Below are positions 12,150 to 25,006 of a stretch of 48,129 nucleotides of DNA, piece by piece; the stretch's first letter is position 1; each line of letters opens with the position of its first letter. The notes beneath the pieces are model-generated. The model searched no databases. It worked only from the letters and a program-made list of their open reading frames with translations, and was not told the origin of the DNA. A program made the position numbers and the translations under genes. Source of the stretch: Octopus sinensis (taxonomy: Eukaryota); the NCBI RefSeq assembly GCF_006345805.1, contig NW_021834641.1, forward strand, positions 1 to 48,129, read 5' to 3'.

Positions 12150-13175
12150 TGTGTGTGTGTATGTGTGTGTGTGTGTGTTGTGTGTGTATGTGCGTGCGTG
12201 CGTGTATGTGTATATAGTTTTTGCAGGAATAATTATTGATCAAATGAGGAAATTGGATGACATATTTTGAAGTATTATTTATTAACTGTTACACGTGTTT
12301 CATTTGGTAATAAGGTTACAATCTTTGTAACAAGATAAGGAATCAAATTAGTTTTTGATTCCCTATCTGAAAAAATTTTAATACGTGATATCTTATATGG
12401 TTTTCCTACATGTACAGTTTTGTAACTCCTCTTAGCAAATGAAACACGAGTAACGGCGAATAAATAGAAACTACTAAGTTTCTTTCCAACTTTTCCAATC
12501 TCCTGTTTATATATACATGTGTGTATATGCATGTATGTATGTGTGTGTGTGTTTGTGTGTGTAGTGTCCTACAGAGATGAACGTGTGTATCCAGCATAAC
12601 ATATCAAGTTTCACAAAGCACGCATGAACTCTGAGTATCAAAGGAGTGAATTATTATCGATTCTACACCAATTATACACTCCACATCATATACTGAATAT
12701 TCTCCTCCTCCTCCTTCCCCTCCTCCTCCTCCTCGGATGTAAGCTGTTTATAAAAACTTGTTAATGTATTCTGCAAGCCTTGTATTTTAAAATAAGCATT
12801 CAGACACACAGACTTCTATTACAATCATTATTTAATAGAAAAAAAAAACAGAAAAGAAAGGACACAAAAAAAGAAAACCTGTTACGGAACATAAAGTCTA
12901 AATGAGCTATTTAACAAGGTAAATGGCGAAATGGCTCCAAAGAGGATGGAACATTAAAGAACACAGGAGGTCTTCGTTTCTTTTTCATCTAATTTTCTTG
13001 TATCTTTGTAATATTTTTGTCGCAATCCGACAAGCAGGTGTTTCTTTCGGAAGCGACATGTTATTCTGTTGAGAGAAGACAGCAAACTACGAAAATGCAC
13101 GAATGATATACACAGGACTAAGGGACATAGTTTACATACATACATACATACATACATATCATATACATGTATATA

Positions 13176-13220
<45 letters not shown>

Positions 13221-13592
13221 TATATATATATATTCGTTTATATATTTTTCTGTATATGTTATATATATATATATATATATATATACATACATATACATAT
13301 AGGGTGAGAATGAGAGAAAAAAGAGAGGGAAAGAGAAAGAAAGGTGATTAAGTGTTCATTTGTGTGAGTGTAGTGTGTGCACGTGTATTTGAATGTGTAT
13401 TAATAAACATTTGATACATTGTTTTTTTTCCCTCCTTAAGAGAATCACAGTGTCCCATTTATTCGGTGCTTATGTCTCGCTTTCGTTGGACAATGAATTT
13501 GAACGAGGGATAAATATTGATGAAGCAAGTTTTGCGTCGACACGAAACTCGCTTCGCAATAACATAGTCTTGGTTTCAGCGAGCTCGTAGGA

Positions 13593-13997
13593 AAGGCGGC
13601 GAGGTGGCAGAAACGTTAGCACGCCAGGCGAAATGCTTAGCGGCATTTCGTCTGCCGCTACGTTCTGAGTTCAAATTCCACCGTGGTCGAATTTGCCTTT
13701 CAGCTTTTCGGGCTCGATTAAATAAGTACCAGTTACGTACTGGAGTCGATATAATCGACTGAATCCGTTTGTCTGTCTTTGTTTGTCCTCTCTGTGTTTA
13801 GCCCCTTGTGGGTAGTAAAGAAATAGGTATTTCGTCTGCCACTACGCTCTGAGTTCAAATTCCGCCGAGGTCGACTTTGCCTTTCATCCTTTCAGGGTCG
13901 ATTAAATAAGTACCAGTTAAGTACTGGGGGTGATGTAATCGACTCAATCTCTTGTTTGTTCCCTCCGTGTTTGTCCTCCTCTGGACAATAAAGAAAT
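13593..13997 (+). mobile_element. SINE family B, dimeric
   Basis: Head AAGGCGGCGAGGTGGCAGAAACGTTAGC. The module GTATTTCGTCTGCC..GAGTTCAAATTCC..GTACCAGTT occurs twice. Confidence 0.92.
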
Positions 13998-14046
13998 GAT
14001 CATCCTGTCTTAATTATTCAGGTATTATATATATAGGACTACATTT

Positions 14047-14134
14047 CTATGTTTTAGAGATGAGGAATTATGTACATTATTTACAATTGACGGATATTTG
14101 TCGTCTTCTTGTTTGTTGTTAGCACAATGTTTCG
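14047..14134 (-). mobile_element. Truncated 3' fragment of the hammerhead-SINE family
   Basis: Matches 14510-14598 (GAGATGAGGAATTATGTACATTATTTACA..GACGGATATTTGTC..TTGTTTGTTGTTA.CACAA.GTTTCG). Homology stops at CGAAAC. Confidence 0.85.
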
Positions 14135-14375
14135 ACTCGCAGGTTCGAATCTCAAACCGGGAGATGTGTGTGTTTATGAGCGAAACACCTAAGCTCCACG
14201 CGGCTACGGCAGAAGGTAATGCCGAACTTCTGCTGACTCTTTCGCCACAACTTTCTCTCACTCTTTCCTCCTGCATCTTGCAGCTCACCTGCGACGTCCC
14301 GTCCAGGTGGGGAACCTATACGCCAAGGAAACCAAGAAACCGGCCCTTATGAGCCAGGCATTGTTTGAGAAGGAA
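14135..14375 (+). mobile_element. SINE with family C head/centre and family D-type tail, 5' end missing
   Basis: GGTTCGAATC B box and GAGCGAAACACCTAAGCTCCACG centre; tail CGTCCCGTCCAGGTGGGGAACCTATACGCC. Confidence 0.8.
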
Positions 14376-14492
14376 CAAACAAACAAACTTTGGCATAAGC
14401 TCACATAAATTTGCTATAAAAGAAGACACTTGCTCAAGGTGTCACACTGTTGGATTGAACCCGAAACCATTTCGTTGCAATGCGTGATTCTT

Positions 14493-14718
14493 TTATAAAG
14501 AAACACAGATCTGTATTTATGAGATGAGGAATTATGTACATTATTTACATTCGACGGATATTTGTCCTCATCTTGTTTGTTGTTAACACAACGTTTCGGC
14601 TGATATACCCTCCAGCCTTCTTCAGGTGCCTTAGGGAAATTTCGAATCTAGGTTCTCATTCCTAAGGTATTTTTCGATGTTTTAATAATAATAATAATTA
14701 TTATTATTATTATTATTA

Positions 14719-14752
<34 letters not shown>

Positions 14753-14828
14753 GTTGTTGTTGGAATCGAACTCGGAATCTTGGGATTAGGAACCCGCGCT
14801 CTTAACCACCACGCCATATGCCCGTGGG
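14493..14828 (-). mobile_element. tRNA-headed SINE carrying a hammerhead ribozyme motif, with 17-bp TSD
   Basis: TSD TGCAATGCGTG(A/C)TTCTT at 14476-14492 and 14829-14845. A box TGGCGTGGTGG (14816-14806), B box GTTCGATTCC (14771-14762), (AAC/AAT)n spacer, hammerhead at 14630-14585, then a ~95-nt tail. Confidence 0.85.
14585..14630 (-). ncRNA. Minimal type I hammerhead ribozyme motif
   Basis: GGCAC-CUGAAGA-A-GGCUG[GAGGGUAUAU]CAGCC-GAAA-CG-UU-GUGUU. Stem I GGCAC/GUGUU, stem II 5 bp, palindromic ACGU stem III. Predicted cleavage between 14590 and 14589. Confidence 0.75.
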
Positions 14829-15267
14829 TGCAATGCGTGCTTCTTAACCGCTCAGCCATGCTGGCGCCTATATTCAAAGTTTTGAAATTAAACTTTAAAA
14901 TATTGCATTTATAATATTTTTAAATTTCGGGTTCAAATTTCGTTGTAAGTCATCCTCGACTCTCGGATCCTTTAGGACTAGGTTATTCTGCACCCGGGTC
15001 GATTCCGTCGAACTATACACAAGACCCAACCGCCACCAACATCTTTGTTCCTTTGCCCTGTACACTTTTGCGCGAGCTTATGCCAAAGTAAGAAATCATT
15101 ATTTCAGGCAACAAGAGAAACAGCAAGAACAACAAAAAAGAAAACAAAGAAAGAAAAGCGACAACAACAGCAACAACAACAACAAAAATAGCAACAAGCT
15201 ACAAATCATTATCCGGTCCCACGGCCGCCACTTATCGTTATTACCATCAGCGCCCTTGAGTATCCAC

Positions 15268-15299
<32 letters not shown>

Positions 15300-16002
15300 T
15301 AATAATAATAACAACAACAAAAACAGCAATACAGCAACAACAGTAACAATAGCAATAACAACAAGAAGAGTACACTAATAAATCTAATGCCACTGTTTTG
15401 CTGACATCGTTTTTTAGACTGTCCTCTAATGCCGTTATCCAGTGAGAAGAAACAGGCTATATATATGTGTATGTATGTGTGTGTGTGTGTGTGTATTTAT
15501 ACAGAGTGAGGTGGGGGGAAATTGAGGGAGCCCTTTTCTATCCTATCCCCCAGCTGCCACTAAGCTGTTTTCATCTTTTCGTGTTGCAAACCAAACTGAA
15601 CAATCATATTTTTGACCCGTGAACATAATTCATATTATTGCTTGGAGCAGACGACATTTAAGGAAGAGCTACAAAAAAAAATCAGACGATAGGAAATAAA
15701 TACATAAATAAATAAATTTTTTTTTTCAAAACAAATTTACAATAAATGATAAACAACAACGAAGACAATAACAACAACAATAGCAACAAAGTACCCCACC
15801 AAAAACAAAAAAATGAAACAGAAAGGAAAAGAAAAGTTAATGGTAGAATGTATCAGATAATAAGAGTTTCAATAAAGTCAGCTTAAAATATTCTTTCACG
15901 TCACGAAAAAATTTATTTCTTATTCTTTCTCTATTTTCTCTCCATCTTCTGTTCCTCGCTTCATATATATTTTTATTTTGCTTTCTCCTTATCTTCTTTT
16001 CT

Positions 16003-16047
<45 letters not shown>

Positions 16048-16286
16048 CAACACCAACACCACCAACAACACCAACACCACCACCACCAACACCACCAACA
16101 CCAACACCACTACTACTACTATTACTACTACTGCAAGCATCGTGATCACACACAGCTAGAGCGACGACCATCCCGTGTTTTCTTGGACTAAATAATATAG
16201 CATGTTCATTGTTCATTACAAAGCCTGATATCCTAAGATGTATATGTGTGTGAGTGTGTGTATGTGTGTGTGTGTGTATGTGTGCG

Positions 16287-16440
16287 TTATCTTATGAACT
16301 GCATTAGCTTACAGCTGTTTCTGATATAAGATACACAAGACTCCACTGCAGCTGATTGCAGAAACAACTGTAAGCCAATGAAATGAAGTCCATAAGATAA
16401 GGGTTTATTCTTTTGTCATCTTTTTCTCTTATTACCGCTC
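16287..16440. mobile_element. Internally deleted relative of the 298-678 foldback element
   Basis: Shares TAGCTTACAGCTGTTTCTG.TATAAGATAC and GCAGAAACAACTGTA.GC.AATGAA; the arms are mutually complementary. Confidence 0.7.
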
Positions 16441-16538
16441 TGTATTCGACTAATTCTTCGTTCAGAAACATGTGTATATTGAGTTCTACACCAGATTATT
16501 AATGGTGCAATGCCTAAGCGAAATATAGAAGCAGCAGC

Positions 16539-16598
<60 letters not shown>

Positions 16599-16664
16599 TT
16601 GGTGTTGGTGTTGGTGGTAGTAGTAGCAGCAGCAGCATCAGTTGTAGTGGTGGTGGTGGTGGTA

Positions 16665-16708
<44 letters not shown>

Positions 16709-17363
16709 AATGATGGCATACATTCTCGTCTTCGGTACATGTGTCTTTAGCTTAGGCTGGCGCACTCTATTGTAAGAGAAGTAAGATTCTTGGAATATTT
16801 TACACTCACTTGGTCTTAGCGACAACACCATACCCAAATTCTACGGATGGTTGATGGTCCAATGAAATTGGTGCATGAATTATCCAATGAAACGTGTGTG
16901 TGTGTGGTGTGTGTATGCATATATATGCATATATATGCGTATGCATATGTATATGTATACATGTATACATATATATAATATATATATAATATACATGCAT
17001 ATATATATATGTATATATATATATATATGTATGTATGTATATATATATGTATAGGATATCAAGTAAGTCAGGAGATATGAGATGAATATATTTATTTTTC
17101 ACAAGTTGATATCCATAAGGTGACGGCCGTTTGGCAGCCAACACTGTGCAAAAGTAAATTTTGGTGTATGATAAATTATTTTACAAGTCTGCTTTAGTGT
17201 GTATGTTAAAAATTGTTTATTACAACTGTACATTTTACAAATGATTGCAGATATCGGAGGCTAACTCTTCATATCAACAGAATATCATGGTCGTATAAAC
17301 TTTATACATATACAAAGAAGTTACCTTCAAATTTTTAATGTATGAAAGACAGAAAAATGCATA

Positions 17364-17761
17364 TCTTTATATATAAAAGAGAGGTTGTGTGCTGTCTATC
17401 TCCTACGATTTAGATTCCTAACTACTCCCACATTTTGCGGTGCAGTTAACCAAATGCGGGTATCTTATAGTCGTGATTCATATCGAGCCCTTCTGGGTAT
17501 TAGCGCGCGTCTACGATGAGTCTACGATTTAAAAAAAAAATTACCATCAGTTTTTCCATTTTAATGCATTTTTTCCGCTATTATATAAGGGAAGTAACTC
17601 TCTAAAAATGTCTACGATGTGTCAACGATTTAAAAACAAATTACCATCATTTTTTTTCGATTTTTAATGGATTTTTTGCTATTTTTTGGCTATAACTCTC
17701 TAAAAATGCTTATATAGTTATTTCCCTTACAAACCCGAGCAACGCCGGGCGATACTGCTAG
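17364..17761 (+). mobile_element. Non-autonomous Helitron
   Basis: 5' TC after A, 3' CTAG followed by T, and subterminal hairpin CCCGAGCAACGCCGGG. Homologue at 32000-32502. Internal ~95-bp tandem duplication. Confidence 0.85.
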
Positions 17762-17814
17762 TATATACATATATGAATTTGTGTGTGTATGTGTGTGTGT
17801 GTTTGCGTGTGAGG

Positions 17815-18110
17815 TCGTATAAGTTAGTCGTTAGAGTTTTGCACTCGCAATCTAACGATCACGATTTCAGTTCTTAGGGTGATGCGTTGTGGTCTTGAAC
17901 AAAACATTTCATCTCACGTCGCTCTGCAACCCTTTCCGTCCCTGTCGCGTAGTACACGATGCACTTGGTCCATCAACGTCGATTTGATGGACAGAGTGAT
18001 CTAATGCGCCACACCTGCATTTTATCACTATAAACAAATCACTTGTGCAGGTCGTTCAGTAAAAGCAGAACGCTCGTATGTCGTCTTCGAAGGGAGAGAC
18101 CTTCATGTGC
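17815..18110 (+). mobile_element. Degenerate tRNA-derived SINE with a D/G-like central domain and its own tail
   Basis: GATGCGTTGTGGTCTTGAACAAAACATTTCATCTCACGTCGCTC resembles the family D/G centre; decayed tRNA-like head upstream. Confidence 0.6.
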
Positions 18111-18158
<48 letters not shown>

Positions 18159-18352
18159 GTATAGAGTTCGGTGTGATGATATCTGTATATCCGCAGAATT
18201 GTATTTGACATGTTCGAAAGACGAACGAAAGCGCTAATATGAAAATGAAGATAAAATAATAAAAAAAGTTATTTCCAAAATTCTGACGACTTTTTTTCAA
18301 TATTCAATTCTTGAGAACTTGATTAGATTAAATTAGATTAGGATAGGTTAGG

Positions 18353-18353
18353 T

Positions 18354-18446
<93 letters not shown>
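18353..18446. repeat. (GATA)n microsatellite
   Basis: Directly visible. Confidence 0.98.
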
Positions 18447-18448
<2 letters not shown>

Positions 18449-19100
18449 GCTGTGGATTTGCAGAATCGTTATAGTACCACGCATACAAAACCCTTGGGGT
18501 ATATATTTCCGGCCTATATGTTCCCAATTTAAATCCCGTCGAAGTCTACTTCATGTTTCATCTTTCTGGGGTCTATCAAAAAACGTTCTAGTGAAGTACA
18601 TGTTCGATTGCATCGAGTGATACTGGCGTCCTTGTCATTTCTTCAAGCAACAGAATGCGTTACAAAATCTCGAAGAATTCTTTTTTAGTATCGCTTATTC
18701 TTTAAGGGTGGGCGAGTGAAGCTATAAAACCTAACATCAACTGTGTTTTTGAAACGCTTGGTATTATTAACACTGTATTATCAACATGGTAGAACAATAC
18801 CACACACATTTTGTAATTTATGTGATGTGTAGTGCGCCCGTCATCGCACCCGACGCCAGTCGACAGGAGGAAGAAATATGTATGTACGCGCGTGTGAGCG
18901 TAGATTGTATGCGTTTTGTTGTGAGCGTGGGTTTGAATAAACAACACTAGATATTTATAGAACGTTTCATTTATCATTGTACGAAGTTATGTCGGTGCAT
19001 GTTGTGCTTTTGTATCTTTCTACGTTTGGATGCCTTTTTTTAGTAAATATATACTCGTGAATGTATCTGCGCGTCTACATGTGTGTGTGTGTGTGCTGTG

Positions 19101-19167
<67 letters not shown>

Positions 19168-20605
19168 ACGTGTGTGTGTGTGTGTGTGTGTGGATATGTA
19201 TCCGTCTACAGAATAAAACTGTCTGAGCTATATACTATTTAACTCCTCGGATAAATTATGAAAAACTCGGAGGACCGCAATACTCTACAAATGAGCGCAC
19301 ACACCCGCGTGCACAAATATCAAACACACGTGCGCGCGCACACACATACATATAGCGTTGTAAGAGTTATGGAATCTTTTAAAAGTAAATTTAATTTCCA
19401 TTAAAGTAGCATGGAGATTTATAAATTAGCGCTTTATAACAAGCTCTAGTGAATATGTCTGTTTAAATGGTTGTTTTAGACATGTGACTGTTCAGTTTGG
19501 GATTTGAACATCATCTTACTTACATCTTTTGGTGGATGCATTGTTTTATATGGTTGTTTTAGTCATGTGATACATCATACGTTATTGAGTCACGGGTTGT
19601 ATTTCTTAATAAACATATGTTGTGTTTGTATCCTTAAAGATTTCAGCTATCTTATTTTTTAATTTATTCAAGTTTCATCAAAAGATTGTTACTATAAGAA
19701 GACCTCGTATTTCGGGCACTTATTTGCTGCACCTAAACCGAAATGTTTTTCTTATTAGTATTTGTCTAGTGATGAGATTCCTTATTTGTTGACGATGACT
19801 ACACATTTACTTTCTCAGTTTTAGTATCGTTTGTGCGATGTAATCTTTATTACACTGATTCCATTCAAGAAAATAAATTAAATTCCTTGATCCGCATATG
19901 AAAGGATTTCGTACGATAAACATTTGTTCTGAAATAAACTGAGGCGTCGTCTCTCAGCAAGGTGTATGTAGATACCATATTTTTAAAGAGGACATATTTT
20001 GACTGTTTAATTATTATTTTTAGAAGGTGGGGATGCTGGTAAGTATTTTGTAAAGGACTTCAGTTGTCTTATTTTTTAATATTTTTGAATAATGCTTCCA
20101 GCATCTACTTTCATTGTTGGATCTTTCTTCAATAATGCACTCTCCAGACAAATGGTTTGAAAAACATCTGCATTTACTGAGTTGTGCTGATATACTAGAT
20201 GGAATTTTAAGCGTAGGGGGGAGTCTTTTATCCTTCCTCCTTGATGGCTTTGGAGGTGAAAACAAAGCCATAAACACTTCAGGTGAACACTGGTAGAACA
20301 GACACCTGTTCTACCTGGTTTTGTAGCCGAAACCACTTCGTACTTTTAGGGATACACCGAACTATGCCTTCCAATATATTATTTCCGTATACAAGATTAT
20401 AGGGTGTATGAGGAATATTTTGGCGCTTTTTCTAGTATGTAGATTGACTTGGAAGGAACTGATGTCTTCAATATGATGTTGCTTTCGTTGATTGCATCTA
20501 TGTCAAGAACGCATCACCTTGTATTAATGATAAGCGTCTATGTTCCTTTAGCCGTCACCACCAGCCGGAATATCGACCAAAGTACATTGTTATATTTATG
20601 CTCAT

Positions 20606-20745
20606 ATGATTAGGGTACACTAGGCACATGCATCACAACCATATGTGCGCGACATAGTGATCTCATATCAAGATATACAGCGCATGACCTTGCAGGTGGG
20701 GCCCAGTTAGAATTTTCTTCTGGTCGAGTAGCCCCTCCTGTTAAT
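20606..20745. repeat. Dispersed repeat fragment, second copy at 36278-36475
   Basis: ATGAT.AGGGTACA.TA.GCACATGCATCACAA.CATAT...ATATCAAGATA.A.AGC.CATGACCTTGCAGGTG.GGCCCAGT is present at both loci. Confidence 0.8.
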
Positions 20746-20775
20746 CTCCCGGGTATCTTTATACTCATGTATACT

Positions 20776-21111
20776 GAGACCCTCTTCGGTCATGACTGAC
20801 CGCGGGATAGCACCTATAAAGTTATCCTCCCAAGCACAAGTCTGGGCAAGGTTGTTTATGGAAGACCAGTAGTCACCTATGCATACCAGCCTCCCCTCTC
20901 CACGCCACCAGTTTTATCCAAGGCAAAGGCAAAGGCCGATACAGCTTAGCACCTGTGACGTCACAACTCATTTCTAAAGTTGAGTGAACTGGAGCAAGGT
21001 CAAATAAAGTGCCTTGCTCAAGAACACAACACGCAGCCCGGTCTGGGATTCGAACTCACAACCTAACGATCGTAAGCTCGACGCTCTAACCACTGAGCCA
21101 TGTGCCTTCAC
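20776..21111 (-). mobile_element. tRNA-derived SINE, family G
   Basis: Full-length reverse-complement match to 3621-3956; B box GTTCGAATCC. Confidence 0.92.
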
Positions 21112-21153
21112 CAATGAATAAGATAATTATTATTGTTCCTTTGGTCCTGTTTT

Positions 21154-21190
21154 CTTCTTCTTCTTCTTCTTCTTCTTCTTCTTCTTCTTC

Positions 21191-21222
<32 letters not shown>

Positions 21223-21360
21223 CTTCTTCTTCTTCTTCTTCTTCTTCTTCTTCTTCTTCTTCTTCTTCTTCTTCTTCTTCTTCTTTTCTTCTTCTTCTTC
21301 TACTTCTTCTTCATTCCTCTTCTTCTACTGCTGCTGCTGCTGCTGCTACTACTACTACTA

Positions 21361-21400
<40 letters not shown>
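21154..21400. repeat. (TTC)n, (CTG)n and (CTA)n microsatellites
   Basis: Directly visible. Confidence 0.98.
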
Positions 21401-21402
<2 letters not shown>

Positions 21403-22689
21403 TTAGCCAATGCAAGGTTTGCTTGAAGAGTAATATAAACGAAGGAGGTTCCAACAGTAAGTAACTGGAGATTTGGTTGCTATTTCTAGCAGATCGAAGA
21501 ACCCGGGAGACGCTCCTTCCTTTGATGTAGTTCTGCTATTCTTGCTATAACGGCACTGTATTGTTGCTTGCGTTGTAATTGTTTTCTTTGTAGTTATTGT
21601 TTAAATATATCCACCAACAGATGCATACATACGTAGGAGTGAGAAGAGCGTAGTGTAGGTTAAATAAAACATTGATAGTGTAGGTAAAATTCTTTGGAAA
21701 CTAATACAATTAAAATTTGAAAAAGGAAGTGAAGACAGTAGCATAGAAGACAATGCAACAATTTACATTTTATATAACATTATACTTAGATATTTCTGGG
21801 ATAAGATCCTTTGATCAAAAGAAAATAGTGTTCGGTGTCAATCTGATGTTATTAGCTCGACACTATTCTCCATTTTCTTTTTATAAATGAGTTTTAATCT
21901 TGAGGTATCAGCGACAGAGATATCATAAAAGAATACCAGTAAAACGTATCAAAAAATAACAGAACTAGCTAGCTAATACCCTGTGTGAGTAAGCTTGATC
22001 ACTTTATTAACCAATTTAGAAAGAATGGGAGCCATATTTGGACAGTGTGATGATAGGGTTAAGTGGCCTTCAAACAAAAACCAGAACTCCAGAGGGGAAA
22101 ACAAAACAAACGTTATTATTATAACAGCATATGCTGTCAACAGTACCCCACAGTTATAATGTACACAGACACACACACACACAGACATTCACATACATGT
22201 ATGTGTTCACGTTAAATATATATATTTACGTCTGCTATATGTTACATAACAATGTATAGATGTGTTATATTATCTTGTTTTAATATTAAATTAAGTCTGC
22301 TTTTGATGAACATGATATAAGAGACTTGCAAATCTGATTAACTATTTGTGTAACTAGAGGAAAAACAAACATGATAATTTTTTTTAATAATATTAATAAT
22401 AATTCGTGTGGTAGGTATTACTATAATATTCTCTGTTTTTTTTTTTTTAAATATTTTTTTCCATGTGTTTTTGTTACTTTTTTTTATATGTATTTTATTC
22501 CTGTTGTTTCCGTAATGTAAAGCCAGCGTATCCCCATATCACACACCGAAATGAATTTACTATTTATGAAAACAAATCAATATGAAATAAAACATCAAAG
22601 GAAATTACCAGAGATTATATATACGTATATAGATATATATATACATCCTTGCGCGCGCGCACGCAAACACACACATACACATATATATG

Positions 22690-22787
<98 letters not shown>

Positions 22788-23186
22788 GTTATATATATTA
22801 TATATAATAACACACGTCATACATTATATGTATATAAATGTGTGTGTATGTATGGATGAATGTATATATATATACATTCTCACACACACGCGCGCGCAAC
22901 ACAGATATAAATACAACATTACAAGGTGCTGCGTAGTGGTTTCGGATTCAGGGCCACGTGGTTGCGCAATGAACATTTTAAACAAAGCCATGCTGAAACG
23001 TAAGGGATCGGATAGGATATGGTCTTTGTGTAATTTTGACCCAACCTAACAGAACAATGCATGTGCCTTAGGTTATTCCGTCTGGCAGTGACTTTTCCCT
23101 CTGCAGTCTTTACATTGAATATGGGCTGAATTCGACACGAACTTTCAAATGCGTGATTTAAATGAAATGAAAAGCTTACTCTTACT

Positions 23187-23440
23187 CTTTTACTATTTTA
23201 CTTGTTTCAGTCATTTGACTGTGGCCATGCTGGAGCAACGCCTTTTAGTCGAGCAAATTGACCCCCAGGACTTATTTTTGTAAGCCTAGTACTTATTCTG
23301 TCGGTCTCCTTTGCCGAAACGCTAAGTTACGGGGACGTAAACACACCAGCATCGGTTGTCAAGCGATGTTGGGAGATACAAACACAGACACACTCACACA
23401 AACATATACACACACATGCATATACACATACACACACACT

Positions 23441-23471
<31 letters not shown>

Positions 23472-23476
23472 ATATG

Positions 23477-23508
<32 letters not shown>

Positions 23509-23662
23509 GTACGATGGTTTTCTTTCAGTTTCCGTCTACCAAATCCACTCACAAGGCTTTGGTCGGCCCGAGGCTACAGTAGAAGACACTTGCCCAAGGT
23601 GCCACGCAGTGGGACTGAACCCGGAACCATGTGGTTCGTAAGCAAGTTATTTACCACACAAC
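23187..23662 (-). mobile_element. SINE family A
   Basis: Head and tail match 25007-25460; internal (CA)/(TA) tracts. Confidence 0.93.
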
Positions 23663-23699
23663 TTACCATGAATATCACACCAAACTACAACCGATACCA

Positions 23700-23821
23700 T
23701 GTGGACCATTATTACCATCGCCACCTCCACCACCACTACTACCACCCATAACACCATTAACACCAACAACACAGTCACCAGCAGCAGCAGCATCACCGAC
23801 ACCACCACCACCACCACCACA

Positions 23822-23855
<34 letters not shown>

Positions 23856-23960
23856 TCAACACCACCACCAATACCTGCACCACCACTAATAAATCTACTC
23901 CCTTTCACAACTACTACTACAGCCATCGATAACATTAATACCTTCACCATCTCCTTACTC
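23700..23960. repeat. Compound (CAC/TAC/CAG)n trinucleotide region
   Basis: Directly visible; explains the Pro/Thr/Val-rich ORFs. Confidence 0.9.
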
Positions 23961-24767
23961 CTGCTATTACCACTACCATAATAATAATCACCAGACACCT
24001 TGGTTCCCCACGACCGCCACCACTGAGATCCTCTAATCTTCCCCAGCAAGAATATAAAATACTTCACGGAATTTTGTCTGACGCTCTGACGATTCTGCCT
24101 GTACACCATCTTAGACAATATAACATAGTATTAATGACAATATACCTACAAAATATCACCATACTACATAACCAAGACAGCCAGAACACCGACAAAGACT
24201 ACACAACCAACAACAACAATAATGGCGAAATAAATACACTGAAAACCAACACATACTAAACTAGTTAATATATCTACTACAGTTACCCACCAATATTATT
24301 CATATCAATGTCTCATTGTACATTAGTTATCTCTTGTTACAACTAAAATTCCTAACGAATATCCTAGCTAGACATAAGTTCACTTCTCGTTAATCATTCT
24401 CTTACATACATCTCATGTGTTAATTTCTTTGGTTTATTTTTTAAAACATAGATTTGTTTTTAGCATTACGTTATTTTAGGAATTTTTTACTTGTTCCTTC
24501 GTTTGCTTTTTCTATCAATTCTCTCGTTCTTATTCGTAGCCGTTCATGTTATCGTTATTGAAACTGTTTCCGTCGTCGTCGTTGTTGTCGTTGTTTTGTA
24601 AGAATGCTGTTACTATTACGGTGTTATTTTACAGTTCTTATGTCCCTGTCTTGGTTTATTTTTCTTGTATTTCTTCTTGTTATAGAAGTAGTAGTAATAC
24701 TATTTGTTGTTTTTGTAACAGTAGAAGCAGTACTAGAAATATTTGTAGTAGTAGTGGTAATTTTGGT

Positions 24768-24925
24768 TTCAAATTTTAGCACAAGGCCAGCAATTTTGGG
24801 AGAGGGAGTAACTCCATTACATCGAGCCTAGTGCTCAACTGTTACTTATTTTATCGACTCCGAAGGACGAAATGCTGTTGAGCATTTTGCCTAGCGTACA
24901 AACGATTCTGCCAGTCCGCCGCCAT
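24768..24925 (-). mobile_element. SINE family B, internally deleted and degenerate
   Basis: Reverse complement begins GGCGGCGGACTGGCAGAATCGTT and has a family B-type 3' part. Confidence 0.7.
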
Positions 24926-25006
24926 ATCTAGAAGCATTAGTTGTTGTTGTTCTTATTTCACCTTTTAGTATATTTATTCATGTTTTGTTATTTAAACACA
25001 AATATA

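Larger units (their letters stand above)
14400..14870 (-). mobile_element. Degenerate SINE family A head, split by the hammerhead-SINE insertion
   Basis: GACACTTGCTCAAGGTG..GGATTGAACCCGAAACC (14420-14470) continues as CTTCTTAACCGCTCAGCCATGCTGGCGCC after 14829. Confidence 0.75.

Noticed and set aside
13393-13590. 65-aa ORF after an acceptor-like tract
   Set aside because: No recognisable domain and no convincing donor site; the length is compatible with chance.
22025-22160. DRVKW..NVIIITAYAV, faintly like an APE endonuclease motif
   Set aside because: Too short and too weak to call without a profile search.
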